A stretch of DNA of 64,000 bases from Eledone cirrhosa (GCA_964016885.1 OZ024745.1:119164001-119228000), one strand, 5' to 3'. Shown: positions 19,301-38,179, counted from the first letter of the stretch. Numbers and translations are program-made. The notes: a model not told the origin generated them from the sequence alone.

Positions 19301-19419
19301 CTAATTCAAACTGCCTGAAGAGGTCACAGCCAAAGATGGCTGTCACTGAAATATATATAGCAGTAATAAACGAAGCTAAATTTTAATCATTTGACTTTTA
19401 TTTAACTTTATTTTAATAT

Positions 19420-19420
<1 letters not shown>
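16400..19420 (+). mobile_element. Near full-length Naiad-type Penelope-like retroelement (RT + GIY-YIG), pseudogenised; coding ~16400-18886
   Basis: SLKSIPIPDRKTYLKLLIQSVNSFIRR..WKAF; LKNHKPNFIENPSIRLISPT; FEIDSYYASI; FDITMGSSDSAQITDLVG; YRDD; NFLDVTLDL; SNHPP; RNITWLNPPFS; CPLNGHCLIPNIVYRCTV; several stops and frameshifts; 3' HHR, AATAAA, then (TA)n. Confidence 0.93.
19310..19364 (+). ncRNA. Type I HHR at 3' end of the Naiad element
   Basis: ACUGC-CUGAAGA-GGUcACAGCC aaagau GGCUGUcACU-GAAA-UAUAUA-UA-GCAGU. Confidence 0.8.
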
Positions 19421-24345
<4,925 letters not shown>

Positions 24346-24670
24346 TAAAGATATAAAGACCAAGGCAATATCTGACTTAATACCACCATCTGGCAAAGTC
24401 TTTCAAATCAGGGTCCACCCATTTATTTCACCGGAGTCATATACGACCGGAAGGGGTCTTATTCCTAATTTCTTAGAAGTATTTGTCCAGTAACTTTTTT
24501 GAATTTAGTATGATCGATGTAGGTTGGTGAGTGAGGTAGACAGTTGAGAGGAAATAATTGTGCCGTAAAGTAATACATTTAAAATCTTAACTATAAGTAT
24601 TTCTGTGTGTATGTACACATATATTACACCAACACACAGAGTCAAATACACACCAAACACAGATAAACAT

Positions 24671-25029
<359 letters not shown>

Positions 25030-25035
<6 letters not shown>

Positions 25036-25222
25036 ATAGAAGGAGCTTCTACAGGACTAGTACTGTTTTATTTAGATGAAATCTTCAGGAATGAAGATTT
25101 CATCTGAATGAAACAGTACTAGTCCTGTAGAAGCTCCTTCTATAAAATAAAAAAAAATTTACTCTGCCATGTATTGAGTACCTTACTTACTGTGGTTATC
25201 CCCGACTCAACCCGGGACCTAC
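25030..25222. repeat. Family Z PLE-tail element, fold-back with HHR (also 28808-28895, 32555-32698, 33125-33250)
   Basis: Shared GAAACAG..CTAGTCCTGTAGAAGC and TGAGTACCTTACTTACTGTGGTTA..AACCCGGGA. Confidence 0.85.
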
Positions 25223-25256
<34 letters not shown>

Positions 25257-25404
25257 CATTATCATCATTCCCGTGACTTCTGTAGTCGTTGGGGGAGCGG
25301 GGTGATCCAACATCCATTCAAAATATTCTATCAACGACGGCCGCCACCAAATCTGGTGCAGTCATCTGCATTCATCCTTTAACATTGTCCAACAAGTTTT
25401 TGCG

Positions 25405-25450
<46 letters not shown>

Positions 25451-25482
25451 AGATCAAAAGATGGTTAAAGGAGTTCCATATA

Positions 25483-25549
25483 TTTTATTATGCGCATTTC
25501 AAAAACAAACATCATCATGCAATAATATTTGTGTTTTCATCAGATAAAA
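25483..25549 (-). ncRNA. Type I HHR, family W (also 53886-53952 - and 54082-54148 +)
   Basis: Minus strand: UUUUAU-CUGAUGA-AAAcACAAAUAU..AUGUUUGUUUUU-GAAA-UGCGCA-UA-AUAAAA. Confidence 0.85.
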
Positions 25550-25606
25550 CAGGAGAACATGATATGAAGGCTAAAAAACACTTGTGGATAGTGCAGTTTT
25601 AAATCA

Positions 25607-25668
<62 letters not shown>

Positions 25669-25844
25669 CATAATGTATTATATAGCTCTGATACTGAATC
25701 AATCTAATCTATTCGGATTGGTTTGTCCCAGTTATTCATAGAGCAACATCGGTTGAGGTTGGTACAATTAACTCAAGGATATATGTGGATATATTCATGT
25801 ACATGTATGTGTCCGCATGTATCTGTGTCTTTCTCTATATATTG

Positions 25845-25877
<33 letters not shown>

Positions 25878-26055
25878 AATATGTATAAAGAATGTACAAA
25901 ACATGGTCACACGCCGAGATGCTTATAAATAGGTGAGCACCATTAAAGGCGGTAAAAGCCTTCTATGAGGAATCGAACCCCCATATCTTGCACATACTGG
26001 CTAGCCATTTTAAACTATATATATGTATTTAACAAATAAATGAATGAATAAACAT

Positions 26056-26094
<39 letters not shown>

Positions 26095-26226
26095 CACTCA
26101 TATATATATATATATATAGTTATACTTGGCGAGGGTCATATTGTTGTAATAATATTGCCAGAAATAATAACAGAGCACACTCACTGTTTGGTTGGTTTTC
26201 GCTTATATATATATAAGTATGTATAC

Positions 26227-26303
<77 letters not shown>

Positions 26304-26415
26304 TAAAAAGAATTCCAACTCTGTCTGATTTACTCGTTTTATTTACAATCCTTTAAAATTTATAATGGTATTAGAATGAAATAGTATGGTAGAATATTAA
26401 ATGTTAAGTGTTAAT

Positions 26416-26454
26416 TGAACAAGTACTTTCATGCTTTCGCAATCTTCAGGTTCA
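26416..26454 (-). ncRNA. Minimal type I HHR, family V (element 26300-26490; decayed inverted copy 58980-59175)
   Basis: Minus strand: UGAAC-CUGAAGA-U UGC GAAA GCA U-GAAA-GUAC-UU-GUUCA. Confidence 0.8.
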
Positions 26455-27084
26455 TATTCTGTGGTGACAGTCAAGTTTGCAATTTTCAACTGGAAATAAT
26501 ATATGTATGGCTTTCTGGGATATGGTTTGAAAGGTTTAGTAATCCATTTTAGCCTTTCAGAAATAAAGTGTGTCTGACTTAGTAGAGGTTTCTACTAAGC
26601 TCATATCTTTCCTGTCTTCTCTTCAAGGAGTAGTTGTTTAAACGTATGTTTCGCATATTAGCTGATCAAACCTCTGGGTCTAGCATTGTTGGATTGCTTC
26701 GACTTACACGTAATTTCTCGTTGTAGAGTAGCTATATTTCACAGCAATGTTCAAGGTGGCTGTGGTCAGACGCCCACTCCAAGACCAACATGATTTCCTG
26801 TACACTTGTACTAGCGGTCTCCGCATTGGTGCTAACTTAGTGGAATCGGCCTGATGCAACGCACCATAGTGTATGTTGATACCCAACACACGCATTGGTC
26901 TGATCGTTTGGAATACAATTCCTCGGATTCAATTTCATTAGAAATATGTTTTTATTGTTGAGTTAGTGTTAGATCACTCTGATGGAGGGCTAGGGTTAGG
27001 GTTAGATCACTCGGATGGAGGGCTAGACATTTTCAGTAATCGAATTTCAGATTTTTTTTCCTTCGGATTATTTCTATACGCATA

Positions 27085-27136
<52 letters not shown>

Positions 27137-27161
27137 TATGCATATGTAAATATGTATAATA

Positions 27162-27215
<54 letters not shown>

Positions 27216-27254
27216 ATTACATATATATATATCTATATATATATGGGAGGGACG

Positions 27255-27286
<32 letters not shown>

Positions 27287-27349
27287 CATGATTACATACA
27301 TATATGAGAGGGATGTATATATGTATGCATATATATATTCATTTATATA

Positions 27350-27381
<32 letters not shown>

Positions 27382-27579
27382 CTGGTTTATAGTAAGAATA
27401 TATAGAATCTGGAGTATTTCTTGGCATTCACCCTTTTGTCATTTATATATTATATTTAAAATATTATACATTATGTAAATTATATATAATATATGTTAAT
27501 GTGTGTGTGTTTGTAAGTATATATGTACGTATATGCGTATATACATATATGAATATATATATATATATATATATAAATG

Positions 27580-27902
27580 TTGGTACACCGTCGGTTACAG
27601 CGTCGAGGGTTCCAGTTGGTACGATCAATGTAACAGATAGCTCGTAAATTTAACGTGCATGTAGTTGAATATTCCACAGACTGGTGTGCGCTTACCGTAG
27701 TTCTCAGGGAGATTCGGTGTGACGCAGAATGTAACAAATCTGGTCTTTCGAATTACAGCTGCAAGTCATTTTTAGCTTGAGTGAATCTGAGCAATTTGAA
27801 ATAAACTGTGATGGTCAAGAACACAACACACCACCGTGAATCGAATACGCGAATTTACGACAGTGAAGCGAATACCCTAAGCACTGAGCCACGCGCCTTC
27901 AC
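27580..27902 (-). mobile_element. tRNA-derived CORE-type SINE (family S2), diverged
   Basis: Minus strand starts GTGAAGGCGCGTGGCTCAGTG (tRNA head), then TTCGATT, then CORE-like GTGTTCTTGACC..TTTATTTCAAATTGCTC. Confidence 0.75.
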
Positions 27903-27917
27903 AAATATTATATATAT

Positions 27918-28572
27918 ACTAGCCAAATTACCCGCGCCTTGTTGCATTTCACACATTTGTTTTTGTAAGAGAATGATGATCGATTTTAAATCAGTGATAT
28001 CATTTATGGAGAAAAACTCTGCATTTCAATATTACTGAATGTAAAATGTAATGCATGATTGATTGGAAAACATTATTATTTGTAATATATCAAATCAAAA
28101 TTACATTATTAAATCTTATTCTTATTTTGTTTCTTTTAAACATTTTTTTTCAAAATATCAATTCAAAACTTTTGTGAATAGGTATCATATCTTCTCATTT
28201 AACTATGGTTTAAATTTCATATAAATCGAAGGGAAAACATTTTAAGCGGAGTTTTGTGCCACCGGGGAACCGTAATAGAGGGTTCAACCCCCATTAGGGT
28301 GTCTTTTTATTGAAATTTGCTGAAATTTTGTGAATAGGCATCATATCTTGTCATTTACCTATGATTTAAATTTCATATGAATCGAAGGGAAAACATTTTC
28401 AGCGGGGTTTTTGTGCCTCCGGGGAACCCTCTGATTAAAATGAAATATACTTATCCAAGTACGCTGGGCAATGTAGTTTTAGAATATATATCGTTATGGG
28501 GTTCTATTTCCAAAACCATAGGTGGAGTTCGTTAACAAACAAACAAACAGACAGGAATACAACTTTATATAT
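27918..28572 (+). mobile_element. Non-autonomous Helentron/DINE-like element
   Basis: Starts ACTAGC..ACCCGCG; ~155-bp-period internal tandem (28172-28272/28328-28428); ends (ACAA)n ACAGACAG..CTTTATATA. Confidence 0.55.
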
Positions 28573-28900
28573 ATATATATGTATATAGTAATACTAATTA
28601 TGAAGACCAAAATCCGAAGAGGGCTCGATATGGATTATATATGTATAATATATATATATAAAGCCAGCAGAGCAAATGTTTATTATTTGTACAGATTAAG
28701 GTTTAAGCAAAGAATCACTGCTTTCACCCTTTTACGGGATCCCGTAAAAGGGTGAAAGCAGCGATTATTTGCTTAAACTGTAATCTGTACAAATAATATA
28801 TATATATAATCCTGATGATTTCTCCCGGCTGAAACAGTTCTAGCCCTGTATTGAGTACCTTACTTACTGTGGTTACCCTCGATTGAACCCGGGATTAACA

Positions 28901-28990
<90 letters not shown>

Positions 28991-29164
28991 GGAGAGAGAG
29001 AGAGAGAGGGGGGGAAAGTCTGTGCTGCTGAGACCGAGCGACCACTAATCCTAGAAATAACAGCCGATGCATAAAGAGATGCAGAGAGTGTATATATATG
29101 ATATAGAGTGTATAGTTATAATCCCGACCGGTTGGGATTATAGCTCTCACTCTCTCACTCCACA

Positions 29165-29219
<55 letters not shown>

Positions 29220-29351
29220 GTACGTAAGCAACAATGGCAGATTCGTTATAGCGTCAGATTATAAATATTTCGTTGTTGTATTGGCTCGCTGAGCTTATAT
29301 CCCCTCGAGTGCAAGTTTGTCAATCATTAAATGGTGGTCCAATGTAAACTC

Positions 29352-29439
29352 TCATATCTGAAGAAGTATCGATTGAGAGTCGAGATCGTATCACATGATC
29401 AAACCCGAGCTGATCGATATGGAAACAATTGTAATTTGA
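29352..29439 (+). ncRNA. Type I HHR with extended helix II in a PLE tail
   Basis: UCAUAU-CUGAAGA-agUAUCGAU..AUCGAUAug-GAAA-CAAUUG-UA-AUUUGA, then AATAAA. Confidence 0.6.
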
Positions 29440-29504
29440 AATAAAGTTTACAAAAGGCTGCAATTCTTATTGTCACTTTATATATATATACACATACACA
29501 CACA

Positions 29505-29542
<38 letters not shown>

Positions 29543-30007
29543 TGTGTGTATGTGTATACACACGTATATACAGTATCCATTGCTCTGTCTTGGAGATAAC
29601 GTTACGACGAGATCTCGCAGAATCTATGTGAAGATCATTGGCATCAATCATAAAATAAGTTTATAAACTCCAACAAATCGATCGTGCATGACGGTGACAA
29701 CAAGAACAACACACAGACAACAATAACTTCCCGAACAAGAATATCATAATAAACAAATATAACAACAATAACTACAACAAAAGAAACTGAAATTACAATA
29801 TTAAAAAGATAAACAATAATAACAAACAACAACAACAATGATAGCAAAATATCATCTAAAACAACAATGACATACATAACAACATAAATAACAAACGCAT
29901 CGAGATAGCTTCTATTTGGTTGCTGACATGATAGAAGTAGCTGCCAAACTTTCTTCAAATCACGCCCTATCATCTTACATAAAGGACAGATTAGATAATA
30001 TACAGAC

Positions 30008-30194
30008 ATAATTGTTTCTACGTTAGGCACAAGGCCAGCAAATACCCAGTGTATTACTGGTACTTTATTTTATCGACCCCGTAAGGATGAAAGGCAAAGT
30101 TAACCTCGGCGGGATTTGAACTCAGAATGGCAAGGGCCGTAACTCTATGCGTCAAAGAATGGCGTCCGACCCTCTACCAATACTGCCAATCCAC
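30008..30194 (-). mobile_element. SINE S1
   Basis: Reverse-complement match to 15863-16075. Confidence 0.9.
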
Positions 30195-30470
30195 AGACAT
30201 AATATATAGACATTAGATAATATATATAGTTCTCCATATCCTCTTAGAGACAGGGTGGTCACGAGCAGTTAGAAATAGTAGCTACAACTGTCTCAAATCA
30301 TATCCTATCGCCCTACTAAATGATACGCTGGACAACGTGGCCATGTGTTTCCTAAACTTAGGAAACAGTCGGAATGGTCACGACTGGAATGCTATTGTTT
30401 ATAAGTAGATCTGCTCGATCAGGGCTAACGAAATATTGAATAATAATAACGACAATGATTTCTAATCTAA

Positions 30471-30670
30471 CCCTTTAGCATTTAAACCGGCCCTATTTAT
30501 CCTGTTCAAACCAGCTGTAATCGGCTACTCATAGTAATGTTAAGGTAATGTTCTAAAAAAAAAAAAATCATAACCCTCTAGATTCGATATTATATGAAAT
30601 AATTATGTGAGGTAAAGCCTTTACCGTGAAAATACAATCGTAAATATAGGGTTATGTAAATGCTAAAGGG
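30471..30670. mobile_element. piggyBac-like MITE
   Basis: 14-bp TIRs CCCTTTAGCATTTA / TAAATGCTAAAGGG; flanks CTAA and TTAA. Confidence 0.7.
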
Positions 30671-32468
30671 TTAAAACACACGCTTCTTTTTCTTTTTTGC
30701 TTTTTGTAAGTACATATGATCGACAAACGAGATCTTTAACACATGTTCAATCGTAAATATAGCAAGTTGTACGGCATCTGCCATCCCCCGTTACTTGAAA
30801 CAACAATAACAATAATACTTTTTAACATAGGCACAACAATAGAAAATTTGGGAAAGGTGTAGTTGGTTAACTTAACCCTAGTACATGACAGGTAATTTAT
30901 TTTATCGAACCTGGAAAGATGAAAAGGGAAGTTTACCTCAGTGGGAATTGAACTCATAACGCAAAATAGCTGGTACAAATTGAAGAAAGCAATTGTTCGA
31001 AGTTCTATCGAAATGATATCGAGGCTGGAATAAAGATTTTGTGCACTCATTGAATCTGCTAGAAACAGCAGGCAAATATACCACAAATGATATGTTAGTG
31101 TAGGACATAGACTGTACAGTCATAAACTGGAATGTTTTGGTTCATTGGTCTGTCTGATTAAATTTAGTATTTGACTGATACATTATTTTATCGACCCCGG
31201 AAGTATTAAAGATAAAGTTGACCTCAGCGAAATTTAAACTCAGGTATAAAAGAGCTGGCATAAATACAATAACACCTGATACAGTCGTTAAATAAACATT
31301 ATAGAGCTAGGGATGGGTTAAGTTGAATCAATCGATTTCCAATACTTGAGTGAAGTTATAAATTATTGATTTATTATCAAAACTCACTATCCAGGCGGGT
31401 GGAATAAAATAAAAAGCGCAGGGTGGGTAATTTCAATGGAGTAGAATGGAACGTAACTAAATAGCGCAAAACGTTGTGTCGTCCGGCACTGTAATATTTC
31501 TGTTTATCTACCGCCCTCATTCTGTCGTCCGGCATTCTAACGTGTCTCCTACTCAACCGCCCATTAAAACAACAACAAAAAAGGAAGAAAAACAACTGTG
31601 ACAATAACAACAATAATAATTCTAATAATTTCTAAGGTTACAACAACAAAGATAATAACACTAAATATTAACAACAAAAACAACTATTACAATAATTAAT
31701 AGAAATATTAGTAACAACAAATTGAAGAAATAAATTATATATATTTGTATATATATAAAAAACCAACTGCCAAAGCAACAGCAATAACAACAAAAAGCTA
31801 ATAAGACGAGTGTACATACCCGCATACCCGCAAGTGTACTGAACTGTACTGAAGTTGCTGGGGTACTTGTGAATGAAAAAAGGAAGAGAGGCGTTTTCCC
31901 ATAGACAGACAGAGAGAGAGTTAGATAGATTGAGCGAAAAAGGGAGAGAGACATTATATAAAGAGAGGATGATAAAGATAGACAGATCGAGAAATAAAAA
32001 TATATTGGACCCTCTCTTATTATATTTTATTCTCTTCCTCCCTCTTTCTCTCTCTCTCTCTCTCCTACCTCGTCTATCTTTTATTTTCTGTTCTACTACT
32101 TTTAAAGCTTTTTGCTTCGTTCTCCCTCATGAGCTGGGTTTTTTTTTTGGTGGGAGGGAAGGGGTCTTGCAGGGGCGGCGGCGGTTTATACCTCTACCTC
32201 CTTGGTAGTATTACGTTCTCTTCTACCGTAAGAATGTAATAAAGCTTTGTCATTTGTGGATTTTCACAGGACAAGAAACTGAGTAGGGACTGATTATTTG
32301 CAGTCTATTACATGTATCCATATATTGAGTACTTTTCCCCGTTTATTCACCCAAATTAGAGTTTGAGTAAAAGTGTACACACACACACAAACACATACAA
32401 ACACACACATATAGCTATATATGTATGTGTATGTATATACCATACTTTCTTTCTCTCTGGCCACACAA

Positions 32469-32552
<84 letters not shown>

Positions 32553-32563
32553 GAATATAGAAA

Positions 32564-32618
32564 TGGCTTCTACAGGACTAGAACTGTTTCATTCGGGAGA
32601 AATCATCAGGAGAAGCCA
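32564..32618 (-). ncRNA. Type I HHR, family Z
   Basis: Minus strand: UGGCUUC(UC)-CUGAUGA-U UUC UCCC GAA U-GAAA-CAG uucuaguc CUG-UA-GAAGCCA. Confidence 0.7.
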
Positions 32619-32694
32619 TTTCTATATTAAATATTTATACTCTGCTATGTATTGGGTACCTTACTTACTGTGGTTACCCCCGATTGAACCCGGG

Positions 32695-32724
<30 letters not shown>

Positions 32725-32727
<3 letters not shown>

Positions 32728-32992
32728 GGAAAAATTTGAACAGGAACAAAACAGAGAGGCAGTACAACGAATGTTTATTAATTTCACGCTCTGGAGAGTG
32801 GGGTGGTGGTGGGGAACGACGTTTCGGGCATAAGCCCTTCCTCAGGTGAGAAGTGTGTGGGAACAGAGTTCAAAGGGTGTGTTGGGGAGTGGTGGAGAGA
32901 CATATAGCGAAAGGAAACGGTGCGAATGAAATTAAAAATAAAAATAAAAATAAAAATAAAGCATGAACAAAATACAAGGAATGAAATAAAAT

Positions 32993-32995
<3 letters not shown>
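32725..32995 (-). mobile_element. Poseidon/Penelope-type PLE tail with minimal HHR at 32815-32850 (related tail 51190-51415 +)
   Basis: Minus strand CUGAGGA-A-GGGC UUAU GCCC-GAAA-CG-UC; second copy CUAAUGA-A-GGAC UUCU GUCC-GAAA-CG-UC with similar downstream sequence. Confidence 0.7.
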
Positions 32996-33045
<50 letters not shown>

Positions 33046-33046
33046 T

Positions 33047-33127
<81 letters not shown>

Positions 33128-33359
33128 GTTTTTACAGGACTAGAACAGTGTTTCATTCGTAAGAAATTGTCAGGAAAGCTCAACGTATAAACTCCTCTAA
33201 TGCATTGAGTACTTCACTTACTGGAGTTAGCCGCGATTGAACCCGGGACTCATATATATAAATATGTGTGTGTAGAAGAGATTGTGTTGGTAAAAACAGG
33301 AGCAAGCAGGAGAAAGCTCTCTACATCCGTAGTTTGTAGTTACGAGGGAGATTCAGTAT

Positions 33360-33550
33360 AATAAATGTTTCTACTTTTGGCACAAGGCCAGCAATAACCC
33401 CAGTGTATTACTGGTTCTTTATTTTATCGACCCCCCCCCCCGTAAGGATGAAAGGCAAAGTTAACCTCGGCGGGATTTGAACTCAGATCATAAAGGGACG
33501 TAACTCTATGCTTCAAAGCATGGTGTTCGACTCTCTACCGATACTGCCAC
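33360..33550 (-). mobile_element. SINE S1
   Basis: Reverse-complement match to S1. Confidence 0.9.
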
Positions 33551-33615
33551 ATTAATAAAGATGGTGATGTTACATAAATCGTTTTATGTAACATCAGCAT
33601 CTTTGTTTATGACTG

Positions 33616-34160
<545 letters not shown>

Positions 34161-34327
34161 TTACTCCAAGTGTTTACAACATAGGAATTACAGCGTACTC
34201 GCAGCATCACTATGGAAACGTCTTGTTGAGTCAAACTTAGCCAAGCGTTAATATCATCCACTACCCGGAATACCATAACTGGACTACACCTAAGTGGACT
34301 GCATATAACTATTATTTGTTACCCCGC

Positions 34328-34419
<92 letters not shown>

Positions 34420-35040
34420 TTAATGCGATGGAATACCAATGATGGTTGGCAAATCACTGACGAAGGACTATTTTTATCATATGTAACCCATGTGCAAACC
34501 ACGCAGTATTCTTCTTTCTTTTCATGTTTTTTATATATATTTATCTCGGCTGCGTTTGTCTGTTTCTCTCTTACTGCTTCCCCGCTCTCTCTGTTTCTCT
34601 CACCTTCTTTTTCCCCCTCTGTCAGTTACACTTATTCTCGACTGACCGCTTCCTCGCACTTCCACTCACTCACTCTCTGTTTCTCCCCTTCTCACTTCCT
34701 CCCGTTTGGCTAACAGTGGGCATTTTCTTGCTTCCATCTCACTCACGTCGGACGTCTGTACTAATCGCTCATGAAATCGACCAAGCTTATGCTGACCAGG
34801 ACTACCATGTTGCTTGTTTATTTCCTTTCTTTGGTTTGTTTTTATCCTCCTATGTTGTCCCCCTCGCTTTACGCGATTACTGGTCCCAATAACTTTTTTT
34901 AGCTTATTGCTCGCACCAACCTGAGGTATCTGATTTTTAATGCGATGAAATACCAATGATGGTTGGCAAGTCACTGACGAAGGACTATTTTTATCATATG
35001 TAACTCATGTGCAAACCACGCAGTATACTTCTTTCTTCTC

Positions 35041-35048
<8 letters not shown>
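34420..35048. repeat. Element with ~110-bp terminal direct repeats (pLTR-like partial tandem)
   Basis: 34420-34530 repeated at 34938-35048; microsatellite-flanked. Confidence 0.65.
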
Positions 35049-35089
<41 letters not shown>

Positions 35090-35361
35090 ATAATAATAAA
35101 TTTGAAGACTAAAATCCAAAGAGGGCTCGATAAGGATAAATATATATCAAATATATAAGAACCGTAGAGCAAATATTTATTCAAATAACTGTTTTTATTA
35201 AAATAATTGTTTTTCACTGCTCCAATTAATGACGTATTATTCGTTTTTTCCCGTTCTTTGCCAGGGAACGTTTTTACGAACCAAAGTATCGTCTTCCTGT
35301 CTTCCTCCGGTTGCAACGTTTTTTGAAATATCCACTTCTGCGTTTACAGATTGACTTTGTT

Positions 35362-35412
35362 AGTTTCAGAAGATCCCGTTAAGGGTGAAAGCAGCGATTC
35401 TTTGCTTAAACT
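35362..35412 (+). ncRNA. Type I HHR-like motif, family X, U4A core (also 24835-24885, 54569-54619)
   Basis: AGUUU-CAGAAGA-U CCC GUUAA GGG U-GAAA-GCAG cgauucu UUGC-UU-AAACU. Confidence 0.65.
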
Positions 35413-36109
35413 TTAATCTGTTATTTTAATAAATATATATATATATATATATATACAAAGATACACACACGTGTGTTTGTATCTTTATATAATCACAAGT
35501 AAAAAATAGTCTTTATAGAATTAGAAATACTCACTTTTGCTGACAATGTAATTAAATTTCTAACAATCATTACTTCGAGTTTCACGTTTCCGTCTTTCGA
35601 TGCGATTAACTGTTAGAATCATTACGTCGTCCAGGCATCAATTTCGACTATTTTATCAAATCCTGCCGAGATTAACTTTTCTTTACAACTTTCCGGTGTC
35701 GACAAAAAAAAATTCTTCTTCTGAATTTCTGGCCATGTCTCTATATCAGAAATCATCATAGCGTGTCAGGGTGCTATCGTTGATGATTCACAGGCACTTG
35801 TCAATATGTCTATATGTGTGGTAATCATTCATGTGGAACTTTCTTAGAGCTTGTTAGTCTGAGTGAGCTGCAGCCATTAGTCAAGCGAGAAATATTGGGA
35901 TAGTAGATGATACAATTGATGATAGCTTAGAAACAATTCTAAACGTTGATGAGGGTGGCCTGAGGAATATTTTCAGGAAGAGTTTCAGGGCATGCATTTT
36001 GTATAATTTGTCAAAACTGCTTCTCCTGGCAGTGTTGGATAGAAGTATTGCCTGTACGGAATGGACACTACAGTCAGGTCCGTGTTGGAGTTGCCAGCTT
36101 CTCAAGATG

Positions 36110-36335
36110 CATCATTCATTTCATCCCAAAATCTATGTAGATAGACTATACTTATTGTGACAAAAAGGTAGAAGAGGATTCATACACTGTACAGGCAGTG
36201 TGAGCTCGGATGAAAACCGTCTCGGATGGTACATAAAGCATGCAACAGACCCAATCTTGATTGTGATTTAAAAATCTGATATAGTTGGTACACATGACAT
36301 TATGAAAAAGTAATAAATTAAAAAGAGTGAGATAC
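36110..36335 (+). mobile_element. R4/Dong-like LINE fragment
   Basis: VDRLYLL*QKGRRGFIHCTGSVSSDENRLGWYIKHATDPIL, matching the DVDRFYLKRSEGGRG region at ~46045. Confidence 0.65.
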
Positions 36336-36344
36336 GGGAATGTC

Positions 36345-36725
36345 TTCTTGTGACGTTAAACTCCGCCAGTTGCAGACTGTGCATTAACATGTGATATCTC
36401 TCTCCACAAAGTTCGATCAACAGCAGCAGAGTTGAAAGAGCAAAGATCCAGTCCAGTCCATAGGTTGACATTATCAAGCCATCGTTTTGGCTGCCGGCCT
36501 CTGCTTCTCTTACCAGTCATAACCTACTCACATCACGAGTTGATCTTTTTATATGTTCGTATAGTTTCAGAACACTTGACTTGACAATGGATGTAATTGG
36601 TCTAAGTTTGGTAATGTTGAGCAGCTCACTGATACGACCGCTGAGCCTCTTGCCAGTCACAAGTCTCATGATGTGGTTCTGGAATGTAGAGAGCTTCTGA
36701 AGTGACCTTGTCGTCCAATTAACAC
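36345..36725 (-). mobile_element. RTE-clade LINE 3' end
   Basis: Minus strand: LQKLSTFQNHIMRLVTG..LKLYEHIKR..GKRSRGRQPKRWLDNVNLWTGL..AVDRTLWREI. Confidence 0.75.
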
Positions 36726-36929
36726 AGGAATGTAGATGTAAAGAATACGAAATACACAGTCAATTTGCAAGAGGTTTATCAGACAATGCGAAGTGAATGG
36801 TGGTGGTGTGTGTGAGGAGGGGTGTGACATTGAAGGACTTGAAACCAGAACCCGAAGTACTGATGTGTGCAGCACAGCAGTAAGCACTCAGGACAAATTA
36901 TGTGAAATGTAAAATAGATCACACGACTG

Positions 36930-37350
36930 ACTAACCCAGGTTCTGCTGCACTTCGGGCTGAGGAGGGGAAACTCTCCAAGTACCGGTCGCTCTCCGATAG
37001 GTTTGCGGTCGTGCCCTTGGCAGTGGAGACTTCTGGTGTCCTTGGCCCTAGGGCTACCTTCCTACTCACTACCATAGGCGCTGAGCTGGCCAGCCGCAGG
37101 TGTGAGACTCGCGAGTTGGAATGGCCCTTCCAGCGCATCTCCCTTACAATCCCCCGGGGAAATGCCTTCTCCATTCTGTCTGCCGGGGTTGTGGGGAGGC
37201 CAGCACGTGGGACTCCATTTTCTGACTATACAGAGAGATGGGGAGGGTGAGAGAAGGAGGCGATGGCAGTGGAAGTTCGGCTCTTTCGTGTTCGGACACA
37301 TTGGTAAGCTATTTATATAAGACTTGTTCTTTCTTATTTGATTTTGTATC
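36930..37350 (+). mobile_element. CRE-like (restriction-like endonuclease) LINE 3' end
   Basis: PGSAALRAEEGKLSKYRSLSDRFAVVPLAVETSGVLGPRATFLL..FQRISLTIPRGNAFSIL. Confidence 0.75.
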
Positions 37351-37497
37351 CACTCTAATAAATTCACTTTCTGATAAAGTAATATAGTTAACTGATGGTG
37401 ATAAATGCAGGACGTGTGAAATAAAAAAAAAGAAATAATGTGACATATTGTTAACTAGTGTACGAAGCTGATGCACAGTGGATATATGATATAACAC

Positions 37498-37686
37498 AAT
37501 AATTATTTCTACTTTTGGAACAAGGCCAGCAATTATCCCAGTGTATTACTGGTACTTTATTTTATCGACCCCGTAAGTATGAAAAGCAAAGTGAACCTCG
37601 GAGAGATTTGAACTCAGACCATAATGGGTCGTAACTCTTTGCTGCAAAGCATGGCATCAGACCCTCTACCGATTCTGCCAATCCAA
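37498..37686 (-). mobile_element. SINE S1
   Basis: Reverse-complement match to S1. Confidence 0.9.
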
Positions 37687-37699
37687 TAATATCGCAAAT

Positions 37700-38150
37700 A
37701 ATTATACAATGGGAAATATCTGGTAAGTAAGAATTGGAGAGGGAAGAGACATGGTATGGGCATACCTCGGAAGGATGTCATGATTCAATGCGACCATGAA
37801 ATTATTTACAGGACACTGGATATTTTGGTAAAAGACGCAGAAGAAAGAAGCTGTATAGATACTGCTTATTCTGGAGATAACAGAATGGCTGAGAACGAAC
37901 AAGAAGATTCGAGATCTTGGAAATTATCTTGGAAATTATCTAAACTGTAAACAAGGAAGTCAGTGGTAGTTATTACCACTATTGCAGGTGCTCAGGGTAG
38001 TATAAGTTCTGAAATTCCTGAGTGGTTGGAGAAGATTGGAGCTACAAACAATAACACGTCATGGGACTATTCCGTTACACCGCACAAATCCTAGAATTAT
38101 GAAGAAAAGATACTGGCTTTCCGTCTTTGGCAAATTTGCTGTTTTACAGA
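37700..38150 (+). mobile_element. Old R4/Dong-like LINE 3' end (RLE domain)
   Basis: IQWEISGK..WYGH..DVMIQCDHEIIYRTLDILVKD..SCIDTAYSGDNRMAENEQE..VVVITTIAGAQG..WLEKIG. Confidence 0.65.
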
Positions 38151-38179
38151 TGATGAAGATGAATGTGGTGATGATGGAA

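Noticed and set aside
30465-30480. Telomerase-template-like CTAACCCT
   Set aside because: It is the TIR boundary of the piggyBac-like MITE
31600-32290. Possible host promoter/5' UTR (GGGGCGGCGGCGG, GA- and AAC-rich tracts)
   Set aside because: No ORF or splice structure can be supported
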